The notes beneath the pieces are model-generated. The model had not been told where the DNA came from. It saw only the letters and a list, made by a program, of their open reading frames with translations, and made no database searches. Of a stretch of DNA of 64,000 nt, positions 40,601 through 54,404 are shown piece after piece (position 1 is the first letter of the stretch; each line of letters begins with the position of its first letter). The stretch comes from Raillietiella orientalis (Eukaryota), in contig JAYWIR010000021.1 of the NCBI GenBank assembly GCA_036172245.1, forward strand, positions 2,666,001 through 2,730,000, written 5' to 3'. A program made the translations under genes and the position numbers.

Positions 40601-41790
40601 GTTTGGTTCTGGAAGCCCGTAGTGACAAAAAGCCCTTTCCGGACAGAAAGGAAAAAAGCATAATAAGCAAACAACTGGGGAAAGGGTTGGGGGGTCTGTA
40701 AACCCTTGTGGTCTTCGTTCCTTTCACGATCTGGTAGATGTCCTCCCTTGCTGCTGCGGTCAGCTGATGTCACCTCGGCCCTCCTCTCTCGAGCGCGGAG
40801 ATGGCTAGCTCATCGCTCCTCATCCCTGATGAAAGATTTCCGGCCTTCGAGCTGCCTGACTCAGTGGACGGGGTTTTTCCCAGAAAGGTATCTCCACGGA
40901 ATGAAAGCGCGCTTCACGGGAAGAGAACGGCAGTCGGAGGAAAAAAGAAGAGGAAGCGTTTTCCAATTTGGGTCTCCGTCTACCCGCCACACGCCACCAG
41001 CGGACTTGTCTGATTATTCCGTTAGCGTATCTCCGTGAACCGTGATCGTAAATTAGCCCGGGAATGGGGTGCACTCCCGGCTGAGGAGCGTCTCTTCCGA
41101 GAGCACAGACGGGGACTCTTCCCCGCTTCCCGGTATGCGTTTGACGTAGTTGCATGGAAACTCCCCATCCGATATCTGCGTTCTACCGTCCGACTGGACG
41201 GAGGCTGCGACTGCCTTTTCCCCGCTCAAGGGTGGAGGGGAGAAAGGGCGCGCTCTCTTCCTCTCCGCCTTCGGTCCAGTTCGCGACACCGCGCCTCCCA
41301 GAGGGGGGAGGGGAAAAGACCGGCGCGCTCTCCCCCGGCGGGAAGAGGAGGCGCTGGATGTCCCGAAGCGAGCCTCAGCAAGAAAGCAAAGTGAAGGGGA
41401 GGAAGGAGCTTTACCGGTGATGCTGCGGATTCGATTCGTCCAGGGGAAACCGGATGCCTTGCTGGCGTTTGGGAGGAATCATCTTGATTGAGCGTAGGAA
41501 TTTCGGGAACACCCCCTTCAGGATTCGATTCGGGAGCGAAAAGGGAGGAACCTCCCGAATCTGGAGCGAGCGGCGTGCTCCTGAAAACCGAGTAGCCGCG
41601 AACGCTGCGCGACCCTTTTCGGCTGCACGCGCCCCTCGGTGTTTATGGAATCGGCCGTTTCGGAAACGACTGCAGCAGCCTACAGCCGATGGCTTCTCGT
41701 ACGAGCAGACACCCTCGGCTGTTCGATGGTGGCTACAAATGGCTATGAGTGCTGCATCGTCGTCGTCGTTATGAGTAGAGAACGAAAAGA

Positions 41791-41808
41791 GTGTGTGTGT
41801 GTGTGTGT
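41791..41808 (+). repeat. (GT)9 microsatellite
   Basis: Read directly. Confidence 0.95.
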
Positions 41809-44599
41809 CGGATGGGGGGGGAAGGGTGGGAGTAAACCTATAGCAAAGACAAAATCAAGGGGGTCGTGAAACTTTCGAAAGACCAAGCAGGAGATGATTT
41901 TTCTGAGCATCTTCTCCATGTCGTTGCTCTCCAGCCTCAAGCGGTATCTTGACTCCTTTATCGGTCTCCTTATCTGTTCCATCTGAAAATCTTGACTGAC
42001 ACATTCTCTTCCTGATCATATATCACAACGCACCGCACCAGCAGCCATCTCGTTCGTCTGGAGGGGAAAAGGGTTGCGCCCTCTCCCTTCCCTCCTCATG
42101 CCCGCTCTTGAACTGTGACACCCGTCCCGCCTCCCGAGGCTCAACTCGCAGGAGGCAGTTCCTCGCGTCCGCAAGGTGGAGTTGAGCGAGCGTGACGCCC
42201 TGGCGCGGCGGGCGCGCCATCGCTTAGCGAGAGGCTCTTGCCCTCAGGTCTCTGGCTCGAAGATCCTGACTCACCATGTGGCGCCATTCGGCCCGAGTGC
42301 GCCCGCGACCTCGGAGAGCTCGCGGTGCCTCCAGGAGCTCGCCCTCTCGCATGATCGGGGCGGCAGAAACGCGCGCTCGCCTTCTTCCGGGACTGCTTAT
42401 GGCCGCTCCCATGCCTGAGGTCCTTCTCGAGCGATGGCCAAACTCCAGGGAAACCAATGAGTTTCCTGGGAAACCGAAGTGAGAGTTGACTCCGTTGCTA
42501 ACGTAAATATTTGAAAAGGAGTGCAGACAAATGGAAAGTGACTTTGTTGGAGGATGAGTGAGAATCGTAGATATCCGAACTGCTGTGTGACCCCGCGGAG
42601 ATGAGCAGGCGTTTCTGGAGGGGGGGGGGGGGAGAGAGAGATAAACGTCTCTGATACGAGGAAGGAAAGAGACGTTGCTCTCTCCAGGAAAGCGAACTTC
42701 AAACTCAGACTCTGTTTGTTCTTTTCGGAGATGGTGAAGGAAAGCGCTAGCACGCCAGCCGTGCGTAGCGTCACGCGAGGCACTCGGCGATCCCGGGTCC
42801 AGGGCTCACGCGTGTTCTGCTCGGTTCCCGCGAGCGGTCCTCACCACCAGCCGCGCGAGCTTGAGGAACCGCAGCGCGCCTCGTCCCGCCAACTCAGGGC
42901 GACGGAATGACAAACGGGGGAGGGGAGGGGAGAGGAAAGGGGGGGCAGCAGGCAGGGATGAGGGAGGGAACGCTGCAGTGGCGTTTCCAAGGAAGCGAGC
43001 ACGGAGGCATGCAACGCACGCGCGCGTGCCGTTCGGCGGAATGCACACACGTCCGTGGGCGGATTTTACGTGATCTGGACGCCAGATGAGGAGCAGCGTG
43101 ACTCGTTCTGCTCGGGCACGCTCATGAAGATTCAAAAAATGGGAGACCAACAATGGGTGGGAAGCCCAACGAAGAAGACCTCGGGGATACAAAACGCCCT
43201 TGTATAAAATCTGTGCCAGCTAATTGGGCATTCTCGTCTTCGAAAGGGCAACGTGCTTGCATGACGTGCCTGTGCTCAGACGCGGACACCACCCGGTTCC
43301 AGGACTAAGTCTGACCATCCTTCCCGCGCGGAATCATCTCCTGGAAGCAGAGGGAGAAATTCGCAGTTTGGCATCTCCGGTGATGGCTTGCGCAGCCTAG
43401 CACACCAGAAGAAGGTCGGTTTTACGATGGATTTTTTTTTTTTTTCTCGTCTTTTTTTTCTTCCAACAAACTGATGAGCATGCGCAGTCAAAGATTAAGA
43501 GCACGTGATGCGCGCGTGCTGAGTTGCAGGGCGATCTTGAGAGAGGAAGAAATGGCAGAAAGCGAGGTTCTCCAAGATAAAACAAGTGGCACTTGCGAGC
43601 GTGCGATGCTCTTCCACATCCAAACTGCGGAGGGAACCTACGCATCACTTCTCTCGAGATCGTCTGGTCTTCGCACGTCTGCATCTCATCAGCATCCAGC
43701 GTGGCACTCCCTCGTATCCCCCCCTTCTAGGTCCATGTGAGGGAGCTCGAGAGGTAGCCACTCTGAGGGTGAGCGCCCGATGCCTACCTGCTGAGGGTCA
43801 TCGAGCGCCGTTGGCACCGGAGCCGAGCGGCGTGCGGAAACCTTTGGCGCGGTAGGCGTTCCGCCGAGCGGAGCGACTTCCGCGGACCTGACCTGACCCC
43901 ATCGCCGGCTGCCCAGCAGCGCAGTTCAGCCTTCCTGGGGAAGAAACTACAGCGGTCCATTCTGATGGAGTCTTAGGATTCGACTAACCGGAAGAAGACC
44001 TTCATGTGGCTGCACGTCAATCTCCGGATAGCCTTTCGGTTTTGGGGGAGCGGGAGGGGGGGAGCCGAAACGCAGGTGACCTCGAAGCTGCGGGTCGCTA
44101 TAACGCCGTGCCCGAGTGCGAGGTACAGCTCACGGCCTCCCAACTGCTTCTCGCCAACGGGCGGAAGTAGCTTTCCCTCTCTCCTCTCCTCCCGGCCGGG
44201 TTCTCTTCGATCAACGATGAGGGAGAGTGAGGGAAGGGGAAGAAGGGAGGACGATGCTGGCGGTCGGTTCCGCCTGCATAGACGGCATAACAGGTCAGGA
44301 GGGGTTGCCGGGGCAGCCACCCTCGCGTCGTCGGCTCGGCAAGAGGACTAGGAAATCCTGAGAGTTTTCGGTAGAGGAAAGGGAAGACAGGGTTCGCCTC
44401 CACCGGGCTCTAGTCTAGGGAAGAAGTGTCTCTCCTGTACTTCTCGACAGACGGCACATCCAGGAGAGAGGCAAAGAGCAGACTAGCCTGAAGGAGCGCC
44501 TGCTTCCCGTCCTCGGTCTTCTAAGAGCGCCAGAGGATACACTGATCCGGGGCTTTCCTTCCGCAGGAGGCTATTCCTTGTGGATGACGCTCCCGAGTG

Positions 44600-45300
44600 A
44601 TGGAAGCTCTGGATCGAGAAGACCCAAAGACCACTTTGGAGGAACAGCAGCGAGGATTCTGTAGGGAAGAAACTGAAGGAAGGAGCGATTCTTTTTCTCC
44701 ATCCTCCTCCCTACGAAAAGGAAAACAAAAGAAGGAAGGATCGGGAACAGTAGGCGTCTTGGGGATGCGGGATCCTGGGAGTTCGCTCTCCCTCGATCTA
44801 GTAAAGGGGTCCAGGCTTTTGCATTTTAGGGGATTTTTTGATTCCTACGAGAGCTTGCTCCCCGAGTCCCGGGGGTCCCTCGGTGACATCCCGAAGGAAG
44901 AAGCGGGGGACAGGGTGAGATGAAGCGCCTGAACGGAGATCGCGAGACGATCCCAAGAGAAAGATTGGAAGGTGGATGGTGCCTCTTCGGCTTCTGGGGT
45001 ACTTCTGGCATGGGAGACACGCATCTGCTGCATTTCGTCTTCAGCCTGTGAAGTGATCCGTACGTGAGGGTGGTGGTAGTAGGGGAGAGGGGGGAGGAAG
45101 GAGCCCGTCCCTTCTGCCCTCCCGCACAGAGAGAAGCAAGCAGTTCCTCCTCCGTCCCTTCTCCACTCCCCAGGAGACGAAGGGTGAGGAGAATCGCACC
45201 GTTCCCCCCTGGGATGTCGCGGATCGAGGATCCCCGGAGGCGGGTCTTTCCCAACCGTGCCGAAGTTCCATACTCTCTCGGGCGGGAGCGGCGTTCTCTC
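44600..45300 (+). mobile_element. Degraded LINE ORF1 relic
   Basis: LSLDLVKGSRLLHF (~DL..G.FL..F, ORF 44597-44923), RWMVPL, PYVRVVVV (~YARV.VE, ~45060). Confidence 0.45.
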
Positions 45301-46379
45301 GTTGCTCAGCCGCGCCAGTATCACCGGCTTTCGGCGGGAAGCCGGGGACTACTCTTCCCCGTGAAGCCTGAACCCGCCGCGCGGGAGTCAGACAGGGCGG
45401 AAACCAAGAACCCATGGCTTCGGAGAAGGAATCCCTTGGGATATTATTTTTTTCCCGGGAGCGCTTCCTGGAAACGTTCCCATCGCCTCGGTCCAGAAGA
45501 CCCCCGCCCTGAGAAGATCGCCGAGCGAAGGAGAAGGGAGGGTGGCAGAGAGAGAGAGCAGGGACGCCTGATCGTTCTGGATTGAGCTCCCCATCTGAGA
45601 AGAAGGAAGGAAAAAGGAAACGAAGGGATTCGGAATGAAGCCGTCCATGCACTCTAAAAGACGCAGGCTCCCTCGTTTTTCGAAAGCTCTTTCGTTTTTC
45701 TTTTCTCAGGGCTTCTGCTTCCAGGGTTCCTTCCTCGAGTGCCTCTCCTTCTCCTCTTGCCCTTTCCTTCCTTTTCTTCCATCCGTGATCTCAAAAGCCT
45801 AGGAAGCAGTCCCTCTCGAAGACTCTCACCGCTCTTCCACGTATGGGTCTCATGGTTTGAGGGATGCTGTAGGGATCCGGCACAATCGTGGTGAGCAAAA
45901 GGGAAGGGACAGGTCCGTCACGCGAATAACGCCCTTCCTGTTCCTTCTTTGGGCCTTCCTTTCGAGTTTGCGGGAAGATCGCTGAGAAGGCAGAAAGAAA
46001 GTAAAGAAATGGAAAGGGCAGAAGAAAAGCTCAGCTCCTACCCAGTCTCCAGATGGTGAGCTTTATGAACACAACACCGATCTCATCTTGCATTTGCCAG
46101 AGGAGGCGCTGTGACATTACAGGAGTAACGAAGCTGCTGATCCTCAGTAATTAGCCTTTTTCCGACCATTCAAAAAGAGTTTTGGTTGATGTGGCAGGAA
46201 TACTTTTCTAACTCTTCTCGGAGAATACCCTCGGGGCTTCCTTCGCCTCGAGGAAAGAGGATTTGCTCCTCATCCACCATGAAGGCAGCAGGAAGAACGC
46301 TCTGGCTGCGTTCTTGTGATCCCGGCTTCCTGTCTGCGGAAGAAGGACGCTTCCCAGGCCTAACCGAGACTGCTCTCTC

Positions 46380-46750
46380 AGAGAAGACCAGTTTAGGGTA
46401 TCTTAGGTCTTTTTGAATAGGCCCATGCACGCTAGCGCAAGATGGCATGGAACGCTGACATTGCCCGTACTACCCGTACAACAACAGAGCTGCAAGGAAG
46501 AGTTCACGAGATGCTGTAGCATCGAAACGATCTCGCATCTCCTGCACCCTTCTTTCGGGATGGGCAGTGCTAGAAGCAGCAGCCGTCGCGTGACCAAGGG
46601 TACTTCACTGGGCCTGATAGGGCGTTTGTTTTTCCTACACGGGTTCTCCACGAAGGCAGCAGTGAATGCACTGTGCTGCTGGTACGCAGCGTCGTGGTAC
46701 ATGCCATGTACTCAGACCTCAAGAGAGGAACACTCCAAGAAGACAAGGAA
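46380..46750 (+). mobile_element. Degraded LINE 3' fragment (zf-RVT)
   Basis: ORF 46413-46916: RCCSIETISHLL (~C...ETI.HLL) and AASWYM (~A..W.IW). Confidence 0.55.
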
Positions 46751-48949
46751 GCTATTTCTCTGTACACTGTCACGGTACGGCGTGCCGAGAAGTGGCCACA
46801 CATGGAAGCAGTGGGCAGGGAAGAATTCGTCCCTAGAGGAGCCTTCCTTCCTTCCATCCATTCATCAACTCATTGTCATTTTTGCCATCTTCTTTGAGCA
46901 TTCTGAGAAAAACTGAGTGAGAGATTTCCCATGTTTGTAAGTGGTGAGAGCTGGTCTTCCACCTAGAGAGATGTTGACTGCTTGACCCTGCGCAATGAGG
47001 TTCTAAGGAAAGGGAGTTGTAAGGGGAGCAGGAAAGGTGAAAAGAAGAGTAGGGATAGAGCTCGTGTGCAAGGACTGTCAGGACATAAGCGAATTCAGTT
47101 GATTTCTGCGTCTCCGGATCTTAAGCTAACTTGTCATCCTCGTGGATAACAGGCAGGATAATTCCTCCTTCCAATTCTATTTTGGAGAAAAGGACGGTCG
47201 TGGAATCAGGACGTTCCTTCTTCCTGTGGAGTCAGCGAAAAACGGGGCACCCACCGAAATTCTTCTTGAAAAGTCACCAAATCGACTATTCTTTGTCCAT
47301 TCCAGCCGGCTTTTCTTTCTTTCATTGCTACTTCGTTTCAAGAAGAGATTCAGGGCAGAACTGGGAGGGAAGGAAGGAGAAGGAATCGTCGAGAGCCACG
47401 TCTGTGTATACGAAGGGAGGAGCAGTCCACGGAAGGAGGAGAAGAATCAAGAAACGTTTTCGGGAAAGAGAAAACAGTTCTCTTGAATTCCAGTGGACAG
47501 GGAAAAGAAAAAGGAATGAAGAGGGAGGAAACCCTCATCATCAGTCCACTTGTGTGAGCTCTTAGACCTTCCTAGGGCTGATGAGTAGGTAATGGGGCGA
47601 GAAGCGATTTCGAGAGGTCGGTTCTGTGGCATTCAGGGTAGGGAATGGGGAGGAAGAAGGCGAAAAGGAAGGGAGGAGCAAAAAGCGCTGACCTCGTGGA
47701 AGGCTGTAAATGGGAAGGCGGAGCTCGCAGGACGCCGTCCGGTGCAAGAAATCGTTTTTTCCACGTAGGGAGAAAATCACTGGAGAAATCCCAGAGCCCT
47801 CACAGATTCATCTTGGAGACCATTAGCGACCGTTAGCGAGTCGGCATGGTAACCTCATTCATCACGCGGATTTGCTGAGAGCATGCACACAGCCGGGAAA
47901 AGGAAGAAAAAAAAAAAGCGGGAAAGGAGTTTTTCAACTCGCGGTCCTTGTTCGCATGCACTGAAGAAGGATCGTCTTCGTCTGAGACGGGATGGTTATG
48001 ATGGCTGGTAGCCGGTGACAAGGCATTTTGGTGGAGGAAGCCTTCCGGGAGCTCGTTCTGAAAGACCTCTGATTTTCATCAGCAGCAAAGGAGTAGAGGG
48101 GAAGAAGAGGAAGAGAGAGAAAGAGAAAACATCCCAAACTGATGGTTTCGCACCTCGGAGTTTCCATCACCCGCGTTTCAGAAGAGGCGAGCACTTCATC
48201 AGCTTCCCCCTGATTAATGGAAAGTGGAACAGGCGAGAGCCTTTCTATTAATTTCGGGGTACGCGGCCCTCTCTTCCTTCCCGTTCAACTAGCCACGCCT
48301 CCCGTGGACAAATCCGACCGGTAACCAGACGGAATGTGCGGAAGTTTTCTGCTTGGGCACAGCTTCCCAAATGGAACGGATTGATCTCTTTCCTGGAATC
48401 AGCCGAGGAGCTCCAGCGACTCCATTAGATGGCAGATCGAATTCGGACCTGCAGCTGAAAGTCACAACAGGGCACACATAGTCCTCCTCCAGATCCCAGA
48501 ATTGCAGGTAGGAGCGACTCCATGGCAGAACGCGGGATCGCCTAGTCTCACACTTGGGTGTATGCTCCGAGGCGAGAGGGTGGGCGTGTCCCCAGAGAGA
48601 TTTCCGTGAGCAGATTCGTGAAGGAGCGTATCCTTTGATGTTCAAGAAAGGAAAAACACATAAGAACACAAACGAACACACGCGGCGACCCATGACAAGG
48701 CAAATAAAGAACCGAAAAAAAAAAAACAACAACAAAAATTCTTCAAAGGTGATTCCTCAGCAACATCCTGACCGGCGTTTCCAGAGAATTTTTTTTCTTC
48801 CCGAATTTCTTCATCATTGCCTTCACAAGCTAATCGGACAGCCCATGGATTGGTCCTCCCGCTTCGAAATGGAAGGTAGGAGTGGAAAGCAGGGAACCGG
48901 GACATACATTCGTTTTTTCCTATGTCAGAGATCCCGAAAATGCAATGAT

Positions 48950-50560
48950 GGAATTCAATAAACGAAAGAGTTGTTTTCTAAAAATTTCTTCCCTGTTCTT
49001 CCAAGGACCCGATTCGAGTCGTCTTGAGGAAAACAGAATTCAACTACCGCCGTCGGTGTGCAAAGCACCGCTTCCTCATCGGTACTTGCAAGCGCTAAGG
49101 GCTGGAAGAGACATCCGTTCTTGTTGCCAGTTGTCTCGATTCACTTCAACATCTTCAGGGAAGAGTGAGTCCAAGGTCCTCAATGAATGTGAGGACAGTG
49201 AAGGAGAACTGCTCCGTCTTTCTCATGGGATGTCACTCTACCATCAGCATGGGCGCTGGAATCCCGATCCTGAAAGCATCCTTTGAGACACTCTCTTTCC
49301 CTCTGCAGAGGTCCCCTCCCTCCCCCCACTGAAAGAGCCTGCCATTCCAGGTGCCTTCTTCTTCTGTGACACACCTTTTCAAACTTCACCAAGACTTCCC
49401 GATCTTTTGCTCGGTGTAGTCGTGCGTCAGCTGCCCTAGGAATGGAACCAGACTCCGTGTCATCTCCAGTTCCTACCTCCTTGTGTCTCGTATTCTTTCA
49501 GCGGCAAGCTTTTTCCATCAGCAATCTTCTTGCTAAAGATTATTATCCGAGCTTACTCAGCATTCTGCATAGTAGTCTCAATAATAGATCAGCATCCTTC
49601 ATTAAAAACGGACGTGCCTTGCATCCTTCCCTTCCGTCACGGCAGGCGGGAAAGGTCGCGCAGCGTTGCGTCCACGCTTTCTGAACCTACGGCTGGGGAG
49701 AGGAATGGCCTCTCCCTCGCCGCCATTTCAGTAGTCAGAGGGGGCTGGCTAGGAACCTGCTACACTGACTCACGCTTGCAGCCTCATGATGGATTTCGAG
49801 TAATTTCGGGCAAGCGATCAGGGAGTGATGCCCTTTGGATGGTGAGTTTCTGACGCTGGCACAAACGAACTCTGCGACGACGGCATGCAGCAGAGGCGGA
49901 TTAATTCCATCTCCCACTCGGAGCAGGGGATTAAAGCAGAGAGTTTCGTACATGGCCTTTTGATCTCGTGCCTAGTGTGCGCCGTCCGAAGAAATTTTCG
50001 GATAGGTAGCCGCGTTAGCTGGAGCAAATGACTGGAGCTCAGGACGCAATTACAGTCTTTAAAGAGCATCGCTCTTGTTTATCGCTCGTCGTCTTTTCTT
50101 CTCGCTCTCCTTTGCGACCATCGCGCGCTTTGGGCTCGGGGGCTTTCTTGTGAGCCCTCGAAGGGAGCGCCTTCTGCATGCATCGGGCTCGGGGAACTTG
50201 GCTTGAGAAACCTGAAAGAGCGGAACTTCCTCGAGGTGTTTCAGCCTGCCTGCCGAATCGTCGGAAAGGTCCAAGGTCAGTTCCTGGAAAGGACCTCGCC
50301 TGGAACGAAATCTGTAAGAAGCAGAAACGAGTCGAAAGCAAAAAAAGTCCAGTCCCGAGCAGGTCTCGTAAGCTGGAAAACTGGCCAGGGTGGTAACAGA
50401 GGAACACAAAAGGGTAACCAAGGAAACGAAGCAAAGACAAAGGAAGGGAGCCAGGAAGTTTGCCCTCTGCTTTCCGTTTGGGCTTTACGTCAACCACTCC
50501 GAGGTCTTCTCGGAACTCGTGACTCCGTTCCTCAATTAGCAGCCTCGTGCTACTGCACAA
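48950..50560 (-). mobile_element. Degraded LINE (ORF1 joined to RT C-terminal part)
   Basis: ORF 50039-50560: LLRFLGYP...GTGLFL...FQARSFPGTDLGP (~VRFPGLP...G..L...FARV.VE.DL..P); then SKKIADGKA (~RL..WK) and KFEKVC....LEWQ (~IEK..R.FLW). Confidence 0.5.
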
Positions 50561-51079
50561 AAAATCTTGAGAAGGTCACGAGACTGAAAGACGGAGGGAG
50601 CCATTTCGGAGGCTGCAGAGAATTTCTTATATAGTGAAAGCTCGGCAGCAGTGCGCGTGTAAGAGAATAAAAAAAAGAACGTGCCGTGCTACTGATCTGT
50701 TCGCATTGGTAGAGTGTCATCCGGTATCTCTGATTGGTCAGCTGTCATTCGAAGCAAAGAGTCCGCGTCAACAAACAGGGCTGGCGGACCCGCTTCAAGC
50801 AAAAAAAAGATAATTCAAAGTGCATCTCAGAATCCAATGCTCCTTCCTTCCCCCCGACTTCCACTTCCCGCTTTTGAAATTCGTGGAAACAATTTAGCGA
50901 GGGAGTGCCTTTCCTTGAGCCCGAGGAATTTTCTTTATCCAATATCATTGACTAACTGACTGACCATCTGAGCTCTCGGGAGATTCTTTTTTTTTTTTTT
51001 TTTTCTCGAGGATTTCCAGGAATCTTTGTCTTTTCTCGGAGAAACGGAAAAGCCCGCAGCGAGCATCTTTCGCGTTTCA

Positions 51080-53540
51080 CGGACTGCTCATGCGTCCGTC
51101 ATGGCCATCATCATCTCCGGCTCGTGCAGCGAACACGCTCTCTTTCGATCTAACGGGCAACCAACGCTCGCTGCAGAGCCATTTCCCATCTGATCCCCGG
51201 AACGGAAGTTGCGAGCTGGCTGGAGCCCAGATAAATGGCAGATGTGTGCTTCCGATGATGCAGTCGAGGGCGCCACATCGCGTGTACTGAAAGGAGAACC
51301 CATTACCATCTGATCCTCCCTTACTTTTTGTCTCAGAAATGTAATTACGGAACAATATCCGCAAATTCACCCGTTCCCATTAACAGCATCGTAACTCTTA
51401 AGCCCCGCAAGCGCAGTTTCGATTTCTCTGATACGGAGAAGAGCAACAGAGACAGCCAGGAAGCAAATGGAAAGACCCTGCTATTGGCAACCTAACGTTG
51501 TATTCACCCTTTCATTTTTCAAACCCATAACATCATCAACGAAATATCCATTCTTCAGCAATGGCATTACTTTTGCTGCTGCTTATCCCCTTCTTCTTTT
51601 TTCTTCCCTCTCCCTCTCTCTCTCTCTGATTTGCTACACTGTTCTTTTCAAGAGCTAAGCTATCTGTGCTCTTCCCAAAGAAAGTGTTGCTTGGATATTC
51701 ATCGACCTTTCATTAGCATATACGAAGTTTTCTCATTTTTTTTTCTTTTGATGCAATCAGCGATCGATCTTAATGAGCACGAGCCCGGGCTACCAGCAGA
51801 CACTGAAGTCACCTAAGAAACGGTTGAAACAACCCTAGTGACATCGGAAAGCTTGCAAAAGACCAAAGCGAACTGGTTGTTTTTGTATGTGACCTCAGCA
51901 CAACTATGATGCGGAGGTCTGCTTCGTTGCCGATATCGACGGTGATCGGGGTCACCCTGAATGCGGGAGGGAACACACAGCCAGTGATAAGAACAGTGAC
52001 AAAGAGGAAGAACTCGAAACTCATCGAAGCAGAGGACAACAAATGGGAAGCCATTGGCAGAAGGATTCCGGTACATTGTCCTTCAGGATCGTAGATGCAT
52101 TCATGGGCACGTCGAGAATGCATCCGTATCATTCCTTTCTCATGTGCTGATTCCATTCGACTCGGTTGTATTTCTCTAACTAAATGTTAAGACTTTGATA
52201 TTTTGCTGTTTGTGATTTACTCTGAGTCCCAGGGTCAGAATGTGCTCATGGGTTTCACAAATGCTCCAGATGATCTACGCCTAATTATAATCGTGTTCCC
52301 TTTAGTCCGTTTTCGTATCTCATTCCTCTGGCATGCAGATGTCAGAAACCCATTTTACAAGAAATTTGCTGCGAAGCTTCAAGTCTGCATACAAACTTTC
52401 AAAATTTTCCACACCCAATGCTAAGACACCAATCCGTGAGCTCCATCCATTGCTAAGAGCTGAAGTTATAGGTAGGTTCCTCAGATTGAGAACAGACTCC
52501 GCATATAAAATACATGAAATGAAATGCTTTCATTATTTACTCATTACCTTTCCTCCCCCCCCCCTTTTCGTTTTCTCCTCTCATTGGCTCAGATGAATCA
52601 CTTCAAGATCCACAGCAACTTTCCAAAATTGATGCATTTAACAAGCCAGTTTCAAATGCCCCTTCGGGCATGGAGTTTCTTTTTCGATACGTTGTTCTGC
52701 AACGCATCCTTTGATGATGGCGTTTCCTTGAATGCACCACTTCTTTGTGAGTTCACTGTTGCTGGAGAAAGCAAACCGAAACAAACGCTGCTATCTGTAC
52801 TCTAGCAGCCTCCTGGAGCAGTTTTCTGATTTCGAAAGGTCTTCAGGCCTGAAAGAGACGAATGATCAACGTTATGTTTGTGTGTTGCTGGCAATGGAAG
52901 CAAGGGAAAATGGAGCTTAGCACCCTGACGATTCTCACCTTTATACTGATCACAGGCACACGGATGAAAGTGATGTGACCTTTGTACCCGCCTTTCTGTT
53001 TTTACCACAATTCTGTGCCATAAGCGTAGTTGATCATGGAATTCAATGAGCTTGAAAGGCTCCATTTGAGAACTTGTTCATTTGAGCTGAGGTGTTCAGC
53101 AGCAAGCTGCAACGAGTCCTTACTACAAATGAAGCTCCTTTTCCCTTAATCCCCACGGAAGTATGGTTGCTTTTTTGGTCTTGTATTGGTTTTCCTTTCG
53201 TCTTCGGTCTTTCCGCTGGATATCCACTGTTTAGTTCGTTACAACTTCCACCGCAACATCGAAAGAAAGCCCACAGAAAATCCAATCACCAAACCTTTTC
53301 TCAAAACAGAGTGGCATCGCTGTTCATCGCCCACCTTTACGGGCCAAAAAGCCCTAAAACTAAAAAGGCTTTTCGTCAGTGACCTCACAGAAAAAGGGAA
53401 AGCAAATTGATAAAATTCAGCTTTGCGCAGCATTATCTTGCTGATGATTCCGTCCAGGAAATTCTTTCTATCATTTGCACACACGAGGCTCAGGAAAAGA
53501 AAGGACCGCGTTCTAGTCAGCCAGCAATCCACCATATTGG
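51080..53540 (-). mobile_element. Degraded Ty1/copia LTR-retrotransposon gag-pol relic (no LTRs found)
   Basis: Copia domain order on minus: ANDRKNFLDGI (~AKNK.GF.DGSI, gag), LNSGYP, RLWHR...CACDQYK...LHFP (GAG-pre-integrase), CVAEQR and FWKVAV (integrase), VKWV (~52350), KGTRL*LGVDHLE (~KGY.Q.YGVDY.E, ~52280), YFVDDV (51529-51549, ~YVDD), SDGKW...RSKESVFAAR (~DADW...SKKQ.VVAR, RNase H). Confidence 0.7.
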
Positions 53541-54404
53541 CTTGTATGTGATGCGAAGGAGGAAGCTAGAAAGAGTGCAGAGTGACAGTACACGTTACTT
53601 TTGACAACATGAGAGGATTGCCGAAGGTCACAGGTTTCCTCTCCCCGAAAAATAAGGAGGCACGGGATTCCCGTCTCACGAAAGGCGTTCCAGAAGCAAA
53701 TTATTGTCCTAAAGTAGACTGATTGCAATTACGGTTAGCAGCCAAGCCATTAGCTACAGAGCCGTATTCACGGAAACTGCCGGTGCAGGAATGAGAACAT
53801 TATAATGGGCCATTTCAATACACCAAAAATCCATCTGAAACCGAGGAATTACGCTGATGGCCTATGGTATTCTCAGATTAAGGAAGTGCTGCCGATCTAG
53901 AGAGGAAATCGATGAAGCAAAGCAGCTCGCAGAGTAACGCCAGCTAGCTGTAGCCGCTGCAAGACTTGATACATTGGCTTTACCAGCGCAGAATTTACCA
54001 GCCTCTTTGCAGCGCGAACCAGACGATAACCACAGCAGTGTCCATTTGAGAGGGGGCCATCCGTTTCACCGGAGTAGCGTGGACCTTTCCTACCAAGTGT
54101 AAGTTCTGCCGCCATTCTCTTGAAGCATCTGAGAAGCAAACTGATCCTCTACCAGCCATGAGACGTGATTAGGAATAATCGCGAATTTTAGAACTCGCTC
54201 CGATGTGTCCAAGCGAGGTCTTGTAGGGCACGCCATTTCTTGAGCCTACAGTTGGGTCACGAGTTGCAGGTTTTCTGCCAACTTTATTAGGTGTGGAGAA
54301 GTCAGGTAGCACGATGGTTTGCGCCCACTCTTGAAGCGAAAGGAAACTGAATCTTCATTGCCTTGGAAATCAGCAATCGACATTTGTACGTCCAAATGCT
54401 AGTT

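Noticed and set aside
51424..51436. CTCTGATAC as a reverse-strand tRNA-Met PBS of the Copia relic
   Set aside because: Partial match at the wrong end of the element (within the RT/RNase H region).
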